The notes beneath the pieces are model-generated. The model worked only from the letters and a program-made list of their open reading frames with translations. It was not told where the DNA came from and made no database searches. 64,000 bases of DNA from Thermoplasmatota archaeon (GTDB lineage: Archaea > Thermoplasmatota > JAKEGO01): the NCBI GenBank assembly GCA_028279595.1, contig JANQNK010000007.1, positions 1 to 64,000 of the forward strand, given 5' to 3'. Position 1 is the stretch's first letter. The number at the start of each line of letters is the position of its first letter. The translations under genes and the position numbers were made by a program. Below, piece by piece: positions 18,669-27,422 of the stretch.

Positions 18669-19577
18669 TCAGGACACCTCCAGTATCTCAACGTTGAACC
18701 GGTGGATCATGAACTGCTTCCCCTCGGGCACCGATATCCTGTGCCTGTGAGGTAGATGGCGTTTCATGAGCTTCCGGTGCTTTGTCCTGTATCCGCCCTT
18801 CCGCTTGAGCACCATTGCGATGTCCATGCCGAAGATGCCGATGTCTGGATCGTACTTCATCTCCTGGAACTCCGTGTAATCCGGAATCCCGAAGGAACAG
18901 TTCCCCTCGGGATCGAAGCAGTAGGAAGGAAGCTTGAAGTCCTTCACCCAGAGCGCCTTCTTGAGGAACTCCTCCGCTTCGGGACCGCGCAGGGTCACCT
19001 TGCACCCGATGGGCTGGCCCTTCCTGATGGCCAGGTCCCTGTTCGTGGTGCGGGATATCGTTTCCAGAGGCTCCTGTCCAGTGAGCCTCTTGAGCAGGGT
19101 CTTGGCCCTGATGATCTTCTCGCCAGCCTCTCCGACGCCCATGTTGACGACGACCTTGTCGACGATTATCTCGCGCATGAGGTTGCTGTATTCGAGCGGT
19201 TCCTTCTTCATCACAGGCTGTTCCGGCTCCGCCCTCTTCGGAGCCTTCTTCGCCGGAGCCCTCTTCTCGACGGGCTCGGGCTGATGCTCCGCGTGAGCGT
19301 CCACGATCGGGAGTTCGTCGGCCTGCTCCGGGGCAGCCTCCTCTACGAGGGCTTCCTGGGCGGGCTCCTCGACTGCTGCCTCGACGGGCTCCTCGGTCGC
19401 CGCCTCTACTGGCTCCTCCGATGGTTCCTCGACCGGGGTCTCCTCGACCGGTTCGGGCGCTGGCTCCTCGGCCGGGGCCTCCGCCACTGGTTCCTCAGCG
19501 GTGGATCCCTCGACAGGCTCCTCGGCGGCTGGCTCTTCCGTGGTCTCCTCAACGACCTCCTTCGGCTCGTCGCTCAT
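18669..19577 (-). CDS. rpl5: 50S ribosomal protein uL5 with about 130-aa acidic N-terminal extension
   Basis: ATGA overlap with the rps4e stop gives start MSDEPKE; core from [37 protein letters not shown]. Confidence 0.95.
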   Translation of the reverse strand: MSDEPKEVVEETTEEPAAEEPVEGSTAEEPVAEAPAEEPAPEPVEETPVEEPSEEPVEAATEEPVEAAVEEPAQEALVEEAAPEQADELPIVDAHAEHQPEPVEKRAPAKKAPKRAEPEQPVMKKEPLEYSNLMREIIVDKVVVNMGVGEAGEKIIRAKTLLKRLTGQEPLETISRTTNRDLAIRKGQPIGCKVTLRGPEAEEFLKKALWVKDFKLPSYCFDPEGNCSFGIPDYTEFQEMKYDPDIGIFGMDIAMVLKRKGGYRTKHRKLMKRHLPHRHRISVPEGKQFMIHRFNVEILEVS

Positions 19578-20281
19578 ACCACGCTCACCTCCGGAACCGT
19601 GATCTCTGGCGCGGACTTGCCCACCATGAAGATGTAGTCCTTCACCGTCATGAACTCCTTGAAATGCACGATGTTCGGCTTCGTCGACCGGACGACCTCG
19701 ATGGACTCGATCTTGTCGATCGCGCCGGCGTGCTTGCCGCCAATAACCATCGCTGTGTTGCCGTTCTCGAACGGGTAGTGCTCCATGACCTTCTGGGTCG
19801 GGAGGGCGATCTTGAGGACGTCGCCGGTCTTGTACTGGTTCTTGTCGACCAGGATGTTCCTTCCGTCGTGGAAGTTGATCTGGAACTTCCCGCCCTTGAC
19901 CTGGGTCTTGTCCTGTACCCTGATGAGCTTCCACTCGGCGCGGGCCTTGTCGATTCGGACGGCCCTGATCTTGCCCCTGGCGTCGATCAGGATCCTGAAG
20001 TTCTCGTCCGTGGCCGGGATACCTACGACGTCCATCAGGCCGACCGGCCTCTTGGGGTCGGTGACGACCTTGCCGTCCACGGTGATCTCCCTGCCGCCGA
20101 TGATGTGCCTCGCCTCGCGGGCGTTGTCGGCCATGTCCAGGTAGTCCCTGATCAGGACCAGGAGCGGTATGCTCCTCTTGATGGCATGGGGGCCCGGCCT
20201 GGGCCTCACTGCCCAGAAGTCAGTCTTCCGCGGTATCGACCAGATACGCGGAACGGTCAGGCGTTTCATGTGACCGCTCAT
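19574..20281 (-). CDS. rps4e: 30S ribosomal protein eS4
   Basis: HMKRL..P..W.I.RK, PGPH, PVGLMDV, HDGRN, GGKHAG. Confidence 0.96.
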   Translation of the reverse strand: MSGHMKRLTVPRIWSIPRKTDFWAVRPRPGPHAIKRSIPLLVLIRDYLDMADNAREARHIIGGREITVDGKVVTDPKRPVGLMDVVGIPATDENFRILIDARGKIRAVRIDKARAEWKLIRVQDKTQVKGGKFQINFHDGRNILVDKNQYKTGDVLKIALPTQKVMEHYPFENGNTAMVIGGKHAGAIDKIESIEVVRSTKPNIVHFKEFMTVKDYIFMVGKSAPEITVPEVSVV

Positions 20282-20679
20282 TCTTCCTCCTCCTTTTCTT
20301 CCTCTTCCTGCTCGTACTCGGCCTCAGCGACCTTTCCGATGCTGCGCCTCCGCCACTTGTCGCTCAGATCGAGCTTGACTATCATGACATTGGAGGCGTC
20401 GATCCATCGCTCGACCTCCTTGCCGTCCGCCTTCTTGGCGGTCAGCTTGTCGACCGAGATCTTGCCCTTCCTCGTGGAGACGGCGAGCACCTTGCCGACG
20501 TGGCCGGCGTCGCCTCCCCTCATGACCTTGACGAGGTCCCCTGACCTCACGACGGTGGTCTTCATGTTGTACTTCGCCCTCAGCTCCGGATGTAGCGGAC
20601 TGGCTATCCTCTTCCTCCGGACGTGCGTCGGGGCGTTGTAGAGGTCCTTCCTCTGCTTTCCTGCCTTCTTTGAGACCAT
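20278..20679 (-). CDS. rpl24: 50S ribosomal protein uL24
   Basis: KQRK..YNAP.H.R, GD.VKVMRG, SNV.I; start MVSKK. Confidence 0.95.
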   Translation of the reverse strand: MVSKKAGKQRKDLYNAPTHVRRKRIASPLHPELRAKYNMKTTVVRSGDLVKVMRGGDAGHVGKVLAVSTRKGKISVDKLTAKKADGKEVERWIDASNVMIVKLDLSDKWRRRSIGKVAEAEYEQEEEEKEEEE

Positions 20680-20690
20680 ACTTGACCACC

Positions 20691-21089
20691 TCACACTATT
20701 ATCGATGCCAGCGCGCCGATCCTCGCCCAGCGCTCGGCAGCCTCCTTGGCCACCGGGCCCTTGATGTCGGTGCCCTTGGCGTCGCCCTCCTTGCTGGTGA
20801 TGACGACCGCGTTGTCCTCGAAGGAAACGACGGTCCCGTCGGGCCTGCGGAAGGGTCGCCTCTGCCTGATGATCACGGCGTTGAGGAGCTGTCTCCTCAT
20901 CTCCGGCGTTCCCTTCTTGACGGTGATGACCAGGAGGTCACCGACCCCTGCGCTCGGGTACTTCCTGTGGGTGCCCTTGTAGCCGAGGACCGAGACGATC
21001 TCGACCTCCTTGGCGCCCGTGTTGTCGGCGCAGACGAGCCGCGCTCCGACAGGGAGACCCCTGTACGCCCTTCCGGGTACGCCCTGCAT
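20691..21089 (-). CDS. rpl14: 50S ribosomal protein uL14
   Basis: [31 protein letters not shown]; start MQGVPG. Confidence 0.96.
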   Translation of the reverse strand: MQGVPGRAYRGLPVGARLVCADNTGAKEVEIVSVLGYKGTHRKYPSAGVGDLLVITVKKGTPEMRRQLLNAVIIRQRRPFRRPDGTVVSFEDNAVVITSKEGDAKGTDIKGPVAKEAAERWARIGALASIIV

Positions 21090-21094
21090 CGGTA

Positions 21095-21451
21095 TCACCG
21101 CCTCCCTATGATGACGAAGGACACCGTCTTGGAGAGCGGTCTGCACTCCATGATGGCGACCCTGTCACCCTTCTTTACGTCCAGGCACTCCGGCGCGTGC
21201 GCTGAGTACCTCGACGTGCGCTTCTCGTAGCGCTCGTACTTCTTCACGAAGTGATGGTACTCGCGCTCCACCACCATCGTGCGATGCATAGACTCGGTGA
21301 CGACCGTAGCCTCTATCATCTGGCCGCGTACCGATAGCGTCCCGTGGAACGGACAGTGCGGATCCTTGCATCCGCTGGTGGGCGCCTCGATATCGACGCC
21401 TATGTCCCTAGCGACGGGAGCCTTCTTGACCTTCTTCTTTGCTGCTGGCAT
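21095..21451 (-). CDS. rps17: 30S ribosomal protein uS17
   Basis: [32 protein letters not shown]. Start could be 21451, 21457 or 21460. Confidence 0.95.
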   Translation of the reverse strand: MPAAKKKVKKAPVARDIGVDIEAPTSGCKDPHCPFHGTLSVRGQMIEATVVTESMHRTMVVEREYHHFVKKYERYEKRTSRYSAHAPECLDVKKGDRVAIMECRPLSKTVSFVIIGRR

Positions 21452-21749
21452 TGCCATCATCTCTCAGATGTTTCATGCGGATCTTCTTCGGCCGGTCCTC
21501 CGGCCGGTGGGCCAGGACGCGTCCGTCTATGACGGCGGTCCCGTCCTCCGCTTCTAGCCTGAACGTGGCGGTCCTCTTCGGGACGCGCACCACGCGTCCG
21601 TCATCCTGACGGACGTCGAGCAGGTTCCTGGTCTCATCGACCACCTGCCCCTTGACCCCGGCCAGGCCGGGATCGGTGGAAGCCTCTACTTCCACGGCGA
21701 GCCCGATGAGCTCGCCTCGGCTGATCGTCCACGTTCGGCGGACGTTCAG
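21408..21749 (-). CDS. rnp1: Ribonuclease P protein component 1 (Rpp29), probable CTG start
   Basis: ELIGL.V, G.KG.VVDETRN, VPK, RPEDR. After the aIF1 stop no ATG/GTG/TTG precedes ELIG; CTG overlaps the aIF1 stop (CTGA). Confidence 0.88.
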   Translation of the reverse strand: MNVRRTWTISRGELIGLAVEVEASTDPGLAGVKGQVVDETRNLLDVRQDDGRVVRVPKRTATFRLEAEDGTAVIDGRVLAHRPEDRPKKIRMKHLRDDGNASSKEEGQEGSRR

Positions 21750-22045
21750 TCGATCTCTGCCGGGAAGCCCATCTTCTGCAGGACCTGGAGGACCTTCTTC
21801 TTGTGGTCCCCCTGGAGCTCGATGGTTCCGTTCTTCACCGTTCCGCCGGACGCACATCTCGTCTTCAGCTCCTTGGCCAGTTCATCGACGTTGATGTCGC
21901 CGGTGTCGATACCTTCGACCACGGTGACGATCTTCCCGTAACGCCTCTTCTCGGTGTATATCCTTATTCTCTGCTGTTCCCTGGCGATCTCCTCGCAAAC
22001 GCAGAGCTCGACAGGCAGTCCACAGGATGAACAGATCTCAGGCAG
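21746..22045 (-). CDS. sui1: Translation initiation factor aIF1 (SUI1 family); start CTG 22045 or GTG 22054
   Basis: [35 protein letters not shown]...IELQGDH. Confidence 0.95.
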   Translation of the reverse strand: MPEICSSCGLPVELCVCEEIAREQQRIRIYTEKRRYGKIVTVVEGIDTGDINVDELAKELKTRCASGGTVKNGTIELQGDHKKKVLQVLQKMGFPAEID

Positions 22046-22247
22046 TGTCGTCACCTTCCTCTTCCATCACCGTGAGTATCCTGGCGATCTCCGTCCTCAG
22101 GGAACGGAAGCGACCCGGGCTCACCGGGGCGCCGCCCATCGCCGCCACGCCTCTCTCGTGCATGAGCTCGTCTCTGAGCTCCTTGAGCTTCTTGGCGCGT
22201 TCGGCTGGGTTCATCTTCCTTATCTCATTCGCCTTCAGCAGGGACAT
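22038..22247 (-). CDS. rpl29: 50S ribosomal protein uL29
   Basis: EIRKM...ER..KL.EL, GGAP..PG, IARILT. Confidence 0.95.
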   Translation of the reverse strand: MSLLKANEIRKMNPAERAKKLKELRDELMHERGVAAMGGAPVSPGRFRSLRTEIARILTVMEEEGDDTA

Positions 22248-23385
22248 CCTGGTCCTCCGTACTCACTTCGCCCGTTTCGGGCTCGTTCGTATCCTCTTCA
22301 GCTGGTGAAGCTTCATCGGTGACTGGCTCCTCCGCAGGCTCCTCGGCCGGGACCTTCTCCTCTTCAGGCTCCTCCGCGGGTTCCTCAGCCGGGACTTCCT
22401 CGACGGGTTCCTCCGCAGGGGTCTCCTCGGCAGGTGCCTCCTCGACCTTCTCGGGTTCCTCCGCGGGGGCCTCCTCTACGGGTTCCTCAACAGGTTCCTC
22501 GGCAGCGGGCTCCTCGGCAGGGGTTTCCTCTGTCTTGGGTTCCTCGACCGGTGCCTCTGCGGCCGGCTCCTCAGCGGGGGCTTCCTCGGCCGGCTCCTCA
22601 GCGGGCTTCTCGGCAGCCTTCTTGGCCCTCTCGGCCTTGGCGGCCTTCTTCTTGGCCCTGCCGCTGAGCTTCTCGGGCTTGACCTCCTCCTCGGGGGCCT
22701 CCGGAGCACCCTCGGCGGGGGCCTCGGCCTTGGGAACCTCTCCCTCGGGAGCCTCCGCAGCCTCTGCCGGTTCTTCCGCGCCGGCGGGCTTCGGCATGTG
22801 GATCTCGACGATGTCCGGCAGCACCGCGTTCGGGTCCATGATGCGGACCGTGACGCCGATGACCCCGGACTTCTTCTTTGCGACGGCGTAGCCGTGCTGC
22901 ATCCACTGCAGTGCTGGCTCGCCGCAGAACTTGATGTGGCCCTGCTTGAACTTCTCCGTCCTGTGCCTGTCGCCGGTGAGCTTTCCGGCGAGGGTCACCT
23001 GGCATCCCTTGGCGCCGCCTTCCATTATCCTGCGGACAGTGGAGTGGCCGCCGCGCCTGAAGTGCCAGCCCCTCTCGAGGGCGAACGCGAGCTTCTGGGC
23101 CATGATCTGAGCGTTATTGTTCGGGTTCCTGGCCTCCTGGACCTCGACCTGCGGGTTGTCGAGCTCGAAGTCGGTCTCCAGGATCTCAGTGAGCTGCTTG
23201 ATGAGTCCACCGTGACGGCCGATGACCATCCCGGGGCGCTCGACGGTGAGTGTGACACGGGTCCCGAGCGGGGTCCTCTGGATCGCCACGCCGCCGAAGC
23301 CGGCGTCCTGGGTCCTGTTGAGGAGGAACTCCTTGATCATTACCCTCTTCATGTTCTCCCTGATGAACTTCCTCTCGGACGCCAT
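22225..23385 (-). CDS. rps3: 30S ribosomal protein uS3 with about 190-aa acidic C-terminal extension
   Basis: ERPGMVIG..G, LERGWHFRR, GAKG...GKL, GVIGV.V.IM; core ends near residue 197. Confidence 0.96.
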   Translation of the reverse strand: MASERKFIRENMKRVMIKEFLLNRTQDAGFGGVAIQRTPLGTRVTLTVERPGMVIGRHGGLIKQLTEILETDFELDNPQVEVQEARNPNNNAQIMAQKLAFALERGWHFRRGGHSTVRRIMEGGAKGCQVTLAGKLTGDRHRTEKFKQGHIKFCGEPALQWMQHGYAVAKKKSGVIGVTVRIMDPNAVLPDIVEIHMPKPAGAEEPAEAAEAPEGEVPKAEAPAEGAPEAPEEEVKPEKLSGRAKKKAAKAERAKKAAEKPAEEPAEEAPAEEPAAEAPVEEPKTEETPAEEPAAEEPVEEPVEEAPAEEPEKVEEAPAEETPAEEPVEEVPAEEPAEEPEEEKVPAEEPAEEPVTDEASPAEEDTNEPETGEVSTEDQDVPAEGE

Positions 23386-23843
23386 TATTCCTCACCCTCC
23401 GTCTCAGCTACGACGATCTCGATGTTGGTGGTCCGCTTTATCGACGGGGTGGACCTTCCCCTCGCCCTCGGGAACCAGCCGCGATAGGTCCGGCCCCTGT
23501 GGGCTGCTATGTGGACGATCCTCAGGCTCTCGGTGTTGAGGCCGAGGTAGTCGGCGTTCGCCTCGACGCCGTCGAGGAGCTTGATCATCTCCTTCGCGAC
23601 GTTCACGGGGAATCCGCCTGTCCTAATGTCGCCCTTCCTGTGCGCTACGTTCCTCACGTGGCGCTTGTATGCGACCGCCTTCTTCTTGGCCGCCACGAGC
23701 TCCATGAACTCGCGGGCGTCCTGGATGTCCATTCCCTTGATCTCCCGGCACACCTCGACGCTCTTCTTCGGGGAGATCTTGAGCTCCCTGCCGATGATGC
23801 GCGCCGTCGTCTCGGGGTCGAACTCCTTAGTATAGCCAACCAT
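23385..23843 (-). CDS. rpl22: 50S ribosomal protein uL22
   Basis: ISPKKS.EVC, HRKG, ANA...GL, PRARGR. Confidence 0.96.
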   Translation of the reverse strand: MVGYTKEFDPETTARIIGRELKISPKKSVEVCREIKGMDIQDAREFMELVAAKKKAVAYKRHVRNVAHRKGDIRTGGFPVNVAKEMIKLLDGVEANADYLGLNTESLRIVHIAAHRGRTYRGWFPRARGRSTPSIKRTTNIEIVVAETEGEE

Positions 23844-23852
23844 GGGTCACAC

Positions 23853-24302
23853 CTACTTGAGCGGCATGTACTTGGAGGACCTCGTCGCACCGACACCAGG
23901 TCCGGAGTGGACTCCGAACACACGGGTCATGGCGTACTCGCCGAGGTAGGTCCCGATCATCTCGGGCTTCATCTCGACCTCCCTGTACTCCTTGCCGTTG
24001 TATATCGCGATCTTCTTGCCGACCATCTCGGGCAGGATGACCATGTCCCGCCTGTGGGTCCTGAGGACCCCGTCGGTCTTCTTGAGCCTGTTGAGGAACT
24101 TGGTGTTCTCCTCGGAAAGGCCGCGCTTGAGCGTCCTGCGGATGCGGGACGGGAACAGCGGCATGAGCTCCTCGAGGCTCATCTCCTGCAGCTGGTCCAG
24201 GGTGTACCCCCGGTAGGTGAACTCCTTCTTCCGCCTGACCTGTGTCAGGCCCATCCTCTTGCGTTCGCGCCGCCTCGCTGATTTCGCGGATCCCTTGACC
24301 AT
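23853..24302 (-). CDS. rps19: 30S ribosomal protein uS19
   Basis: [36 protein letters not shown]. Confidence 0.96.
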   Translation of the reverse strand: MVKGSAKSARRRERKRMGLTQVRRKKEFTYRGYTLDQLQEMSLEELMPLFPSRIRRTLKRGLSEENTKFLNRLKKTDGVLRTHRRDMVILPEMVGKKIAIYNGKEYREVEMKPEMIGTYLGEYAMTRVFGVHSGPGVGATRSSKYMPLK

Positions 24303-24307
24303 CTAGA

Positions 24308-25024
24308 TCACCGCCTCTTCCTCTTCTTGACACTGCCCTTCTTCGGGGCTATCCTTCCAACCTTGGCACCTGGCCAGGAGTTCCTCGAAACGGTGGAGGG
24401 CTTCCCGACGTGGGGATGGTTACCTCCGCCGTGCGGGTGGTCCACGGGGTTCATGGACACGCCGCTAGTGTACGGGTATATCCTGGCCTTGGAGCGTAAT
24501 GAGTGATGCCGCTTGCCGGCCTTGGCGAAGGGTTTGTCCTTCCGCCCGCCGCCCGCGACGATGCCGACAGTTGCCTTGCACCGGGGCGGGAGCGCCATGA
24601 GCGCGCCCGAGGGCATCTGGACCATGGTCTTCTTGCCCTGGGAGACCACGATCGCGTAGGCGCCTGCGGCCCTGACGAGCTTGCCCCCGTCGCCCGGGAG
24701 CTTCTCGAGGTTGTATATCGCGGTACCTTCCGGGATGTTCCCGACAGGCAGGATGTTGCCGTTCCTCATCTCGACCTCGGCCCCGATGGATACCTTCATT
24801 CCGACGTACATGCCGTCGAACGCGATGAGATAGCCCTTGTGGCCGGTGTCGAACCTGACGAACGCCAGGGGTGCGCTGTGTCCGGGGTCGTGGACGATCT
24901 TCTCGACACGTCCCTCGGCCTTCCGCACCTGTGGATACGAGACGCTCGCCTTGTACCTGTGACTGGGGGCGCGGTATGTTCCGCCGCCTTTTCCTCGCCT
25001 CTGTGATCTGAGTCGTTTTCCCAT
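24308..25024 (-). CDS. rpl2: 50S ribosomal protein uL2
   Basis: MGKRLRSQRRG, HDPG.SAP, MNPVDHPHGGG. Confidence 0.97.
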   Translation of the reverse strand: MGKRLRSQRRGKGGGTYRAPSHRYKASVSYPQVRKAEGRVEKIVHDPGHSAPLAFVRFDTGHKGYLIAFDGMYVGMKVSIGAEVEMRNGNILPVGNIPEGTAIYNLEKLPGDGGKLVRAAGAYAIVVSQGKKTMVQMPSGALMALPPRCKATVGIVAGGGRKDKPFAKAGKRHHSLRSKARIYPYTSGVSMNPVDHPHGGGNHPHVGKPSTVSRNSWPGAKVGRIAPKKGSVKKRKRR

Positions 25025-25035
25025 TCACAACCACC

Positions 25036-25299
25036 TCAGAAGATCCCTATCCTCATGCCGACGTCCTCGGCACGGTATCCTTCCGCGAACTTGATTATCG
25101 CGTGCTTTCCGTCCTTCTGCCTCTTGGTCGCCACGTCCGCCACCTTGACGTCGTAGCGCTGTTCGAAGGCCCTCTTGATGGTCTCCTTGGACGCGGACTT
25201 CTCCACGACGAAGACGAGCTTGTTCTCGCTCTCCATCAGGGTGAGGGTCTTCTCTGTAACGTAAGGATGCAGAAGTATCTCATGCTCTATCAGAGCCAT
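25036..25299 (-). CDS. rpl23: 50S ribosomal protein uL23
   Basis: P.VTEK, ENKLVF.V, AEDVGMRIGIF. Confidence 0.95.
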   Translation of the reverse strand: MALIEHEILLHPYVTEKTLTLMESENKLVFVVEKSASKETIKRAFEQRYDVKVADVATKRQKDGKHAIIKFAEGYRAEDVGMRIGIF

Positions 25300-26051
25300 C
25301 CGGCCACCTCCTTGAGAGCGGATTCGGTGAAGACCGTGAGCCTGCCCGGATCGCCTCCGGGGGCGAGGTCCTCGATGGAAACGCGTGAGACCGGAACGAT
25401 GTCCAGCCCGGGGATGTTCCCGACCGCGTTCTGGACCGCTGCGTCCTCGCTGGTGATGACGAGAATGGACCTTGGCGTCCTGAAGCGCCTGGCGCGCATC
25501 TTCCCGCGCCCGGCCCTGATGTGACGGCCCTCCTTGGCCCTGACGACGTCGTCGGAGATCCCGACCTTCTCGAGGAAGGCCATGGTGTCCTTGACGGTCG
25601 TGAACGCCTCGAACTTGTCCTCGACGACCACCGGAAGGGTGACCTTGTCGCCGAAGCGATGGCCGCGCTCCGCGACCGCTTCCTTGTCCGCCGTGGCAGC
25701 TAGAGCCGACCGGCGTGCAAGGCGCCTCTCCTTGCGGTTGATCTTCTTGGTCCAGATCTTCTCGACCTTCGGGGGATGCGCCCTGCGTCCGCCCACCGTG
25801 AGCGGAGCCTCGGCGCCCCTCCTCGTGCCCTTGATCCTCGGGTTCCTGGCAGTGCCGCGTCCCTTTCCCCAGTGGTCGACCGAGTGCTTCCTTCCGGCCA
25901 TCCTGTCGGAGCCGTAGGGCTGCCTGCGGTTCGCGCGGGCTGCGGTGACGCTGCGCCTTATGAGATCGATCCTGAGAGGGGTCTCGAAATGGTCGGGGAG
26001 ATCGACCTTCTTCTTGGACTTTCCCGCCGTCGAGTAGAGGTTGACCTTCAC
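25290..26051 (-). CDS. rpl4: 50S ribosomal protein uL4
   Basis: RQPYG, GRG.AR.PR, GGRRAHPP, RAGRGKMR, LAPGG.PGRLT. Confidence 0.97.
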   Translation of the reverse strand: MKVNLYSTAGKSKKKVDLPDHFETPLRIDLIRRSVTAARANRRQPYGSDRMAGRKHSVDHWGKGRGTARNPRIKGTRRGAEAPLTVGGRRAHPPKVEKIWTKKINRKERRLARRSALAATADKEAVAERGHRFGDKVTLPVVVEDKFEAFTTVKDTMAFLEKVGISDDVVRAKEGRHIRAGRGKMRARRFRTPRSILVITSEDAAVQNAVGNIPGLDIVPVSRVSIEDLAPGGDPGRLTVFTESALKEVAGWL

Positions 26052-26055
26052 GTTA

Positions 26056-27042
26056 TCATCGCCCCTGCTTGGACTCCACGGAGACGTAGCTGATCTCGAC
26101 CTCCACGTCCTTTCCGTGATAGCGCGTGGCGTCCCTCAATCTGACGAGCCTCTTCGCGGGACCCGGGACGGACCCCTTGATGAGCATGTAACTGTTCTTG
26201 ATGTTGCCGTAATGGAGGAAACCGCCGTTCGGCGTGACCTCCTCGCCGTTCTCGCCGGTCTTCAGGACGACCTTGTTGTACTCCGTCCTCTGGTGGTATC
26301 CCATCTGACCGGCCTGGGGAACGGACGACATGACCCAGGTCCTCCATGGACCGAGGGTACCGATCATCCTCCTGTGCTTGCTGTTCTTGTGAACGAGGAG
26401 CTTGACGCCCCAGCGCTTGACGACTCCCTGCCAGCCCTTGCCGCGGGTGACGGCTGCGACGTCGACGACCGTACCGGGAGTGACGATCCCTTCTGCGGTG
26501 ATCTCCTTTCCGATGAGCTCCTTCGCCAGCACCATCCGGTCCTCCATGGTCCCCCCGCCGATGCGGAGCTCCATGATCTCCGGGACCTTCTTCGGGATCC
26601 CGCTCACGAGGAACGGCTGTGTATGGGCAATGAGCCTCAGATCGTCAATGCTCTCCTTCTCTATCCTCTTCCAGGACTGCTTCGGCTTCGCAGGTATCGG
26701 CAGCCTCTTCTTGAGGTGAGGGTCGAGCTTCTTGGCCCAGACCTCGGAGAGCGTCTTCAGACCGTACGGGGAGTCGACGTAGGCCCTGACCCCGACGACC
26801 ACCATGGGAGGTGTCTCGAGAACTGTGACGGGCACGCGGATCTCCTGACCCCGTGTCGTGCTCTTCGCCCTCTTGTCCTCCATGAAGACGTGTGTCATTC
26901 CGGCCTTGTAACCGGCAAAACCCTGTACCTTGGCCTGGCTACCCCCCTCCGGCCATGATCTGAACCGGGGGGTTTCGCGCCTTGCTCTCTTTCTCGGAGA
27001 GTAGGCCATAGAGCCTCTTCTGGGATGATGGTTCTTCGGCAT
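26056..27042 (-). CDS. rpl3: 50S ribosomal protein uL3
   Basis: Start MPKNHHPRRGSMAYSPRKR after SD AGGTGG; GYKAGMTH, GKGWQGVVKRWG, GQMGYHQRTE. Confidence 0.97.
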   Translation of the reverse strand: MPKNHHPRRGSMAYSPRKRARRETPRFRSWPEGGSQAKVQGFAGYKAGMTHVFMEDKRAKSTTRGQEIRVPVTVLETPPMVVVGVRAYVDSPYGLKTLSEVWAKKLDPHLKKRLPIPAKPKQSWKRIEKESIDDLRLIAHTQPFLVSGIPKKVPEIMELRIGGGTMEDRMVLAKELIGKEITAEGIVTPGTVVDVAAVTRGKGWQGVVKRWGVKLLVHKNSKHRRMIGTLGPWRTWVMSSVPQAGQMGYHQRTEYNKVVLKTGENGEEVTPNGGFLHYGNIKNSYMLIKGSVPGPAKRLVRLRDATRYHGKDVEVEISYVSVESKQGR

Positions 27043-27165
27043 ATGTCCACCTTTCCGTGGTTTGGATATATGGCTCCCAAGACCGTTGCGCTTCCTGGCC
27101 GCCCATAACTCACGGGTGAGTGGGCACCATTGTAGGGATATTTCCCTTGGCGCATGGTCTAAGGA
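27040..27165 (-). promoter_or_regulatory. Structured 5' leader (about 120 nt) of the rpl3 operon; candidate ribosomal-protein autoregulatory leader
   Basis: Four consecutive potential hairpins; the last (CAUAUAUCCA...UGGACAUAUG) pairs over the SD and AUG. Confidence 0.5.
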
Positions 27166-27186
27166 GTCCGAACAAACGGATTGGGG

Positions 27187-27193
27187 TATATAA
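27187..27193 (-). promoter_or_regulatory. TATA box for the rpl3 operon
   Basis: TTATATA on the minus strand about 145 nt upstream of the rpl3 ATG, in an otherwise GC-rich context. Confidence 0.55.
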
Positions 27194-27235
27194 TGGTTAC
27201 GATTGGCTACGTTTGGAAGGAAAGACCCCGTGAGA

Positions 27236-27384
27236 GCATGGGTGAGACGGGTCAATGGTCCCTCAAAGGCATTGGTGATACGCGTTGAGGCACCCGTAGT
27301 GACATTGGTGATATGCGTCGATGAACTCGCTCCGGCGCTAGTGAGACGCGTTGAGGCCGGACCGGACCGGCCTCGAGCGCGTCT
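27236..27384 (+). repeat. Four-unit array with exact 33-bp period (20-bp conserved + 13-bp variable), ending in full hairpin copy C
   Basis: Units at 27236 GCATGGGTGAGACGGGTCAA, 27269 GCATTGGTGATACGCGTTGA, 27302 ACATTGGTGATATGCGTCGA, 27335 GCGCTAGTGAGACGCGTTGA-ggccgg-accgga-ccggcc-TCGAGCGCGTCT. Confidence 0.8.
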
Positions 27385-27422
27385 ATGAAAGAATTAAGAG
27401 GACGAACGGAATAGCATCCCCC

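Noticed and set aside
19578-19934. ORF-track N-terminal extensions (uL5 to 19934, uL3 to 27255, LonB from 50834, acetate-CoA ligase from 54682, HypB to 55344)
   Set aside because: They overlap neighbouring genes or promoters; SD, TATA and coupling signals support the shorter starts.
27236-27384. CRISPR array
   Set aside because: Repeats are degenerate, spacers are only 13 bp, and there are no cas genes in the window.
27203-27388. 61-aa ORF over the repeat array as a gene
   Set aside because: Weak TTG start too close to the TATA box, and the same motif recurs in non-coding hairpins. Kept only as a caveat.
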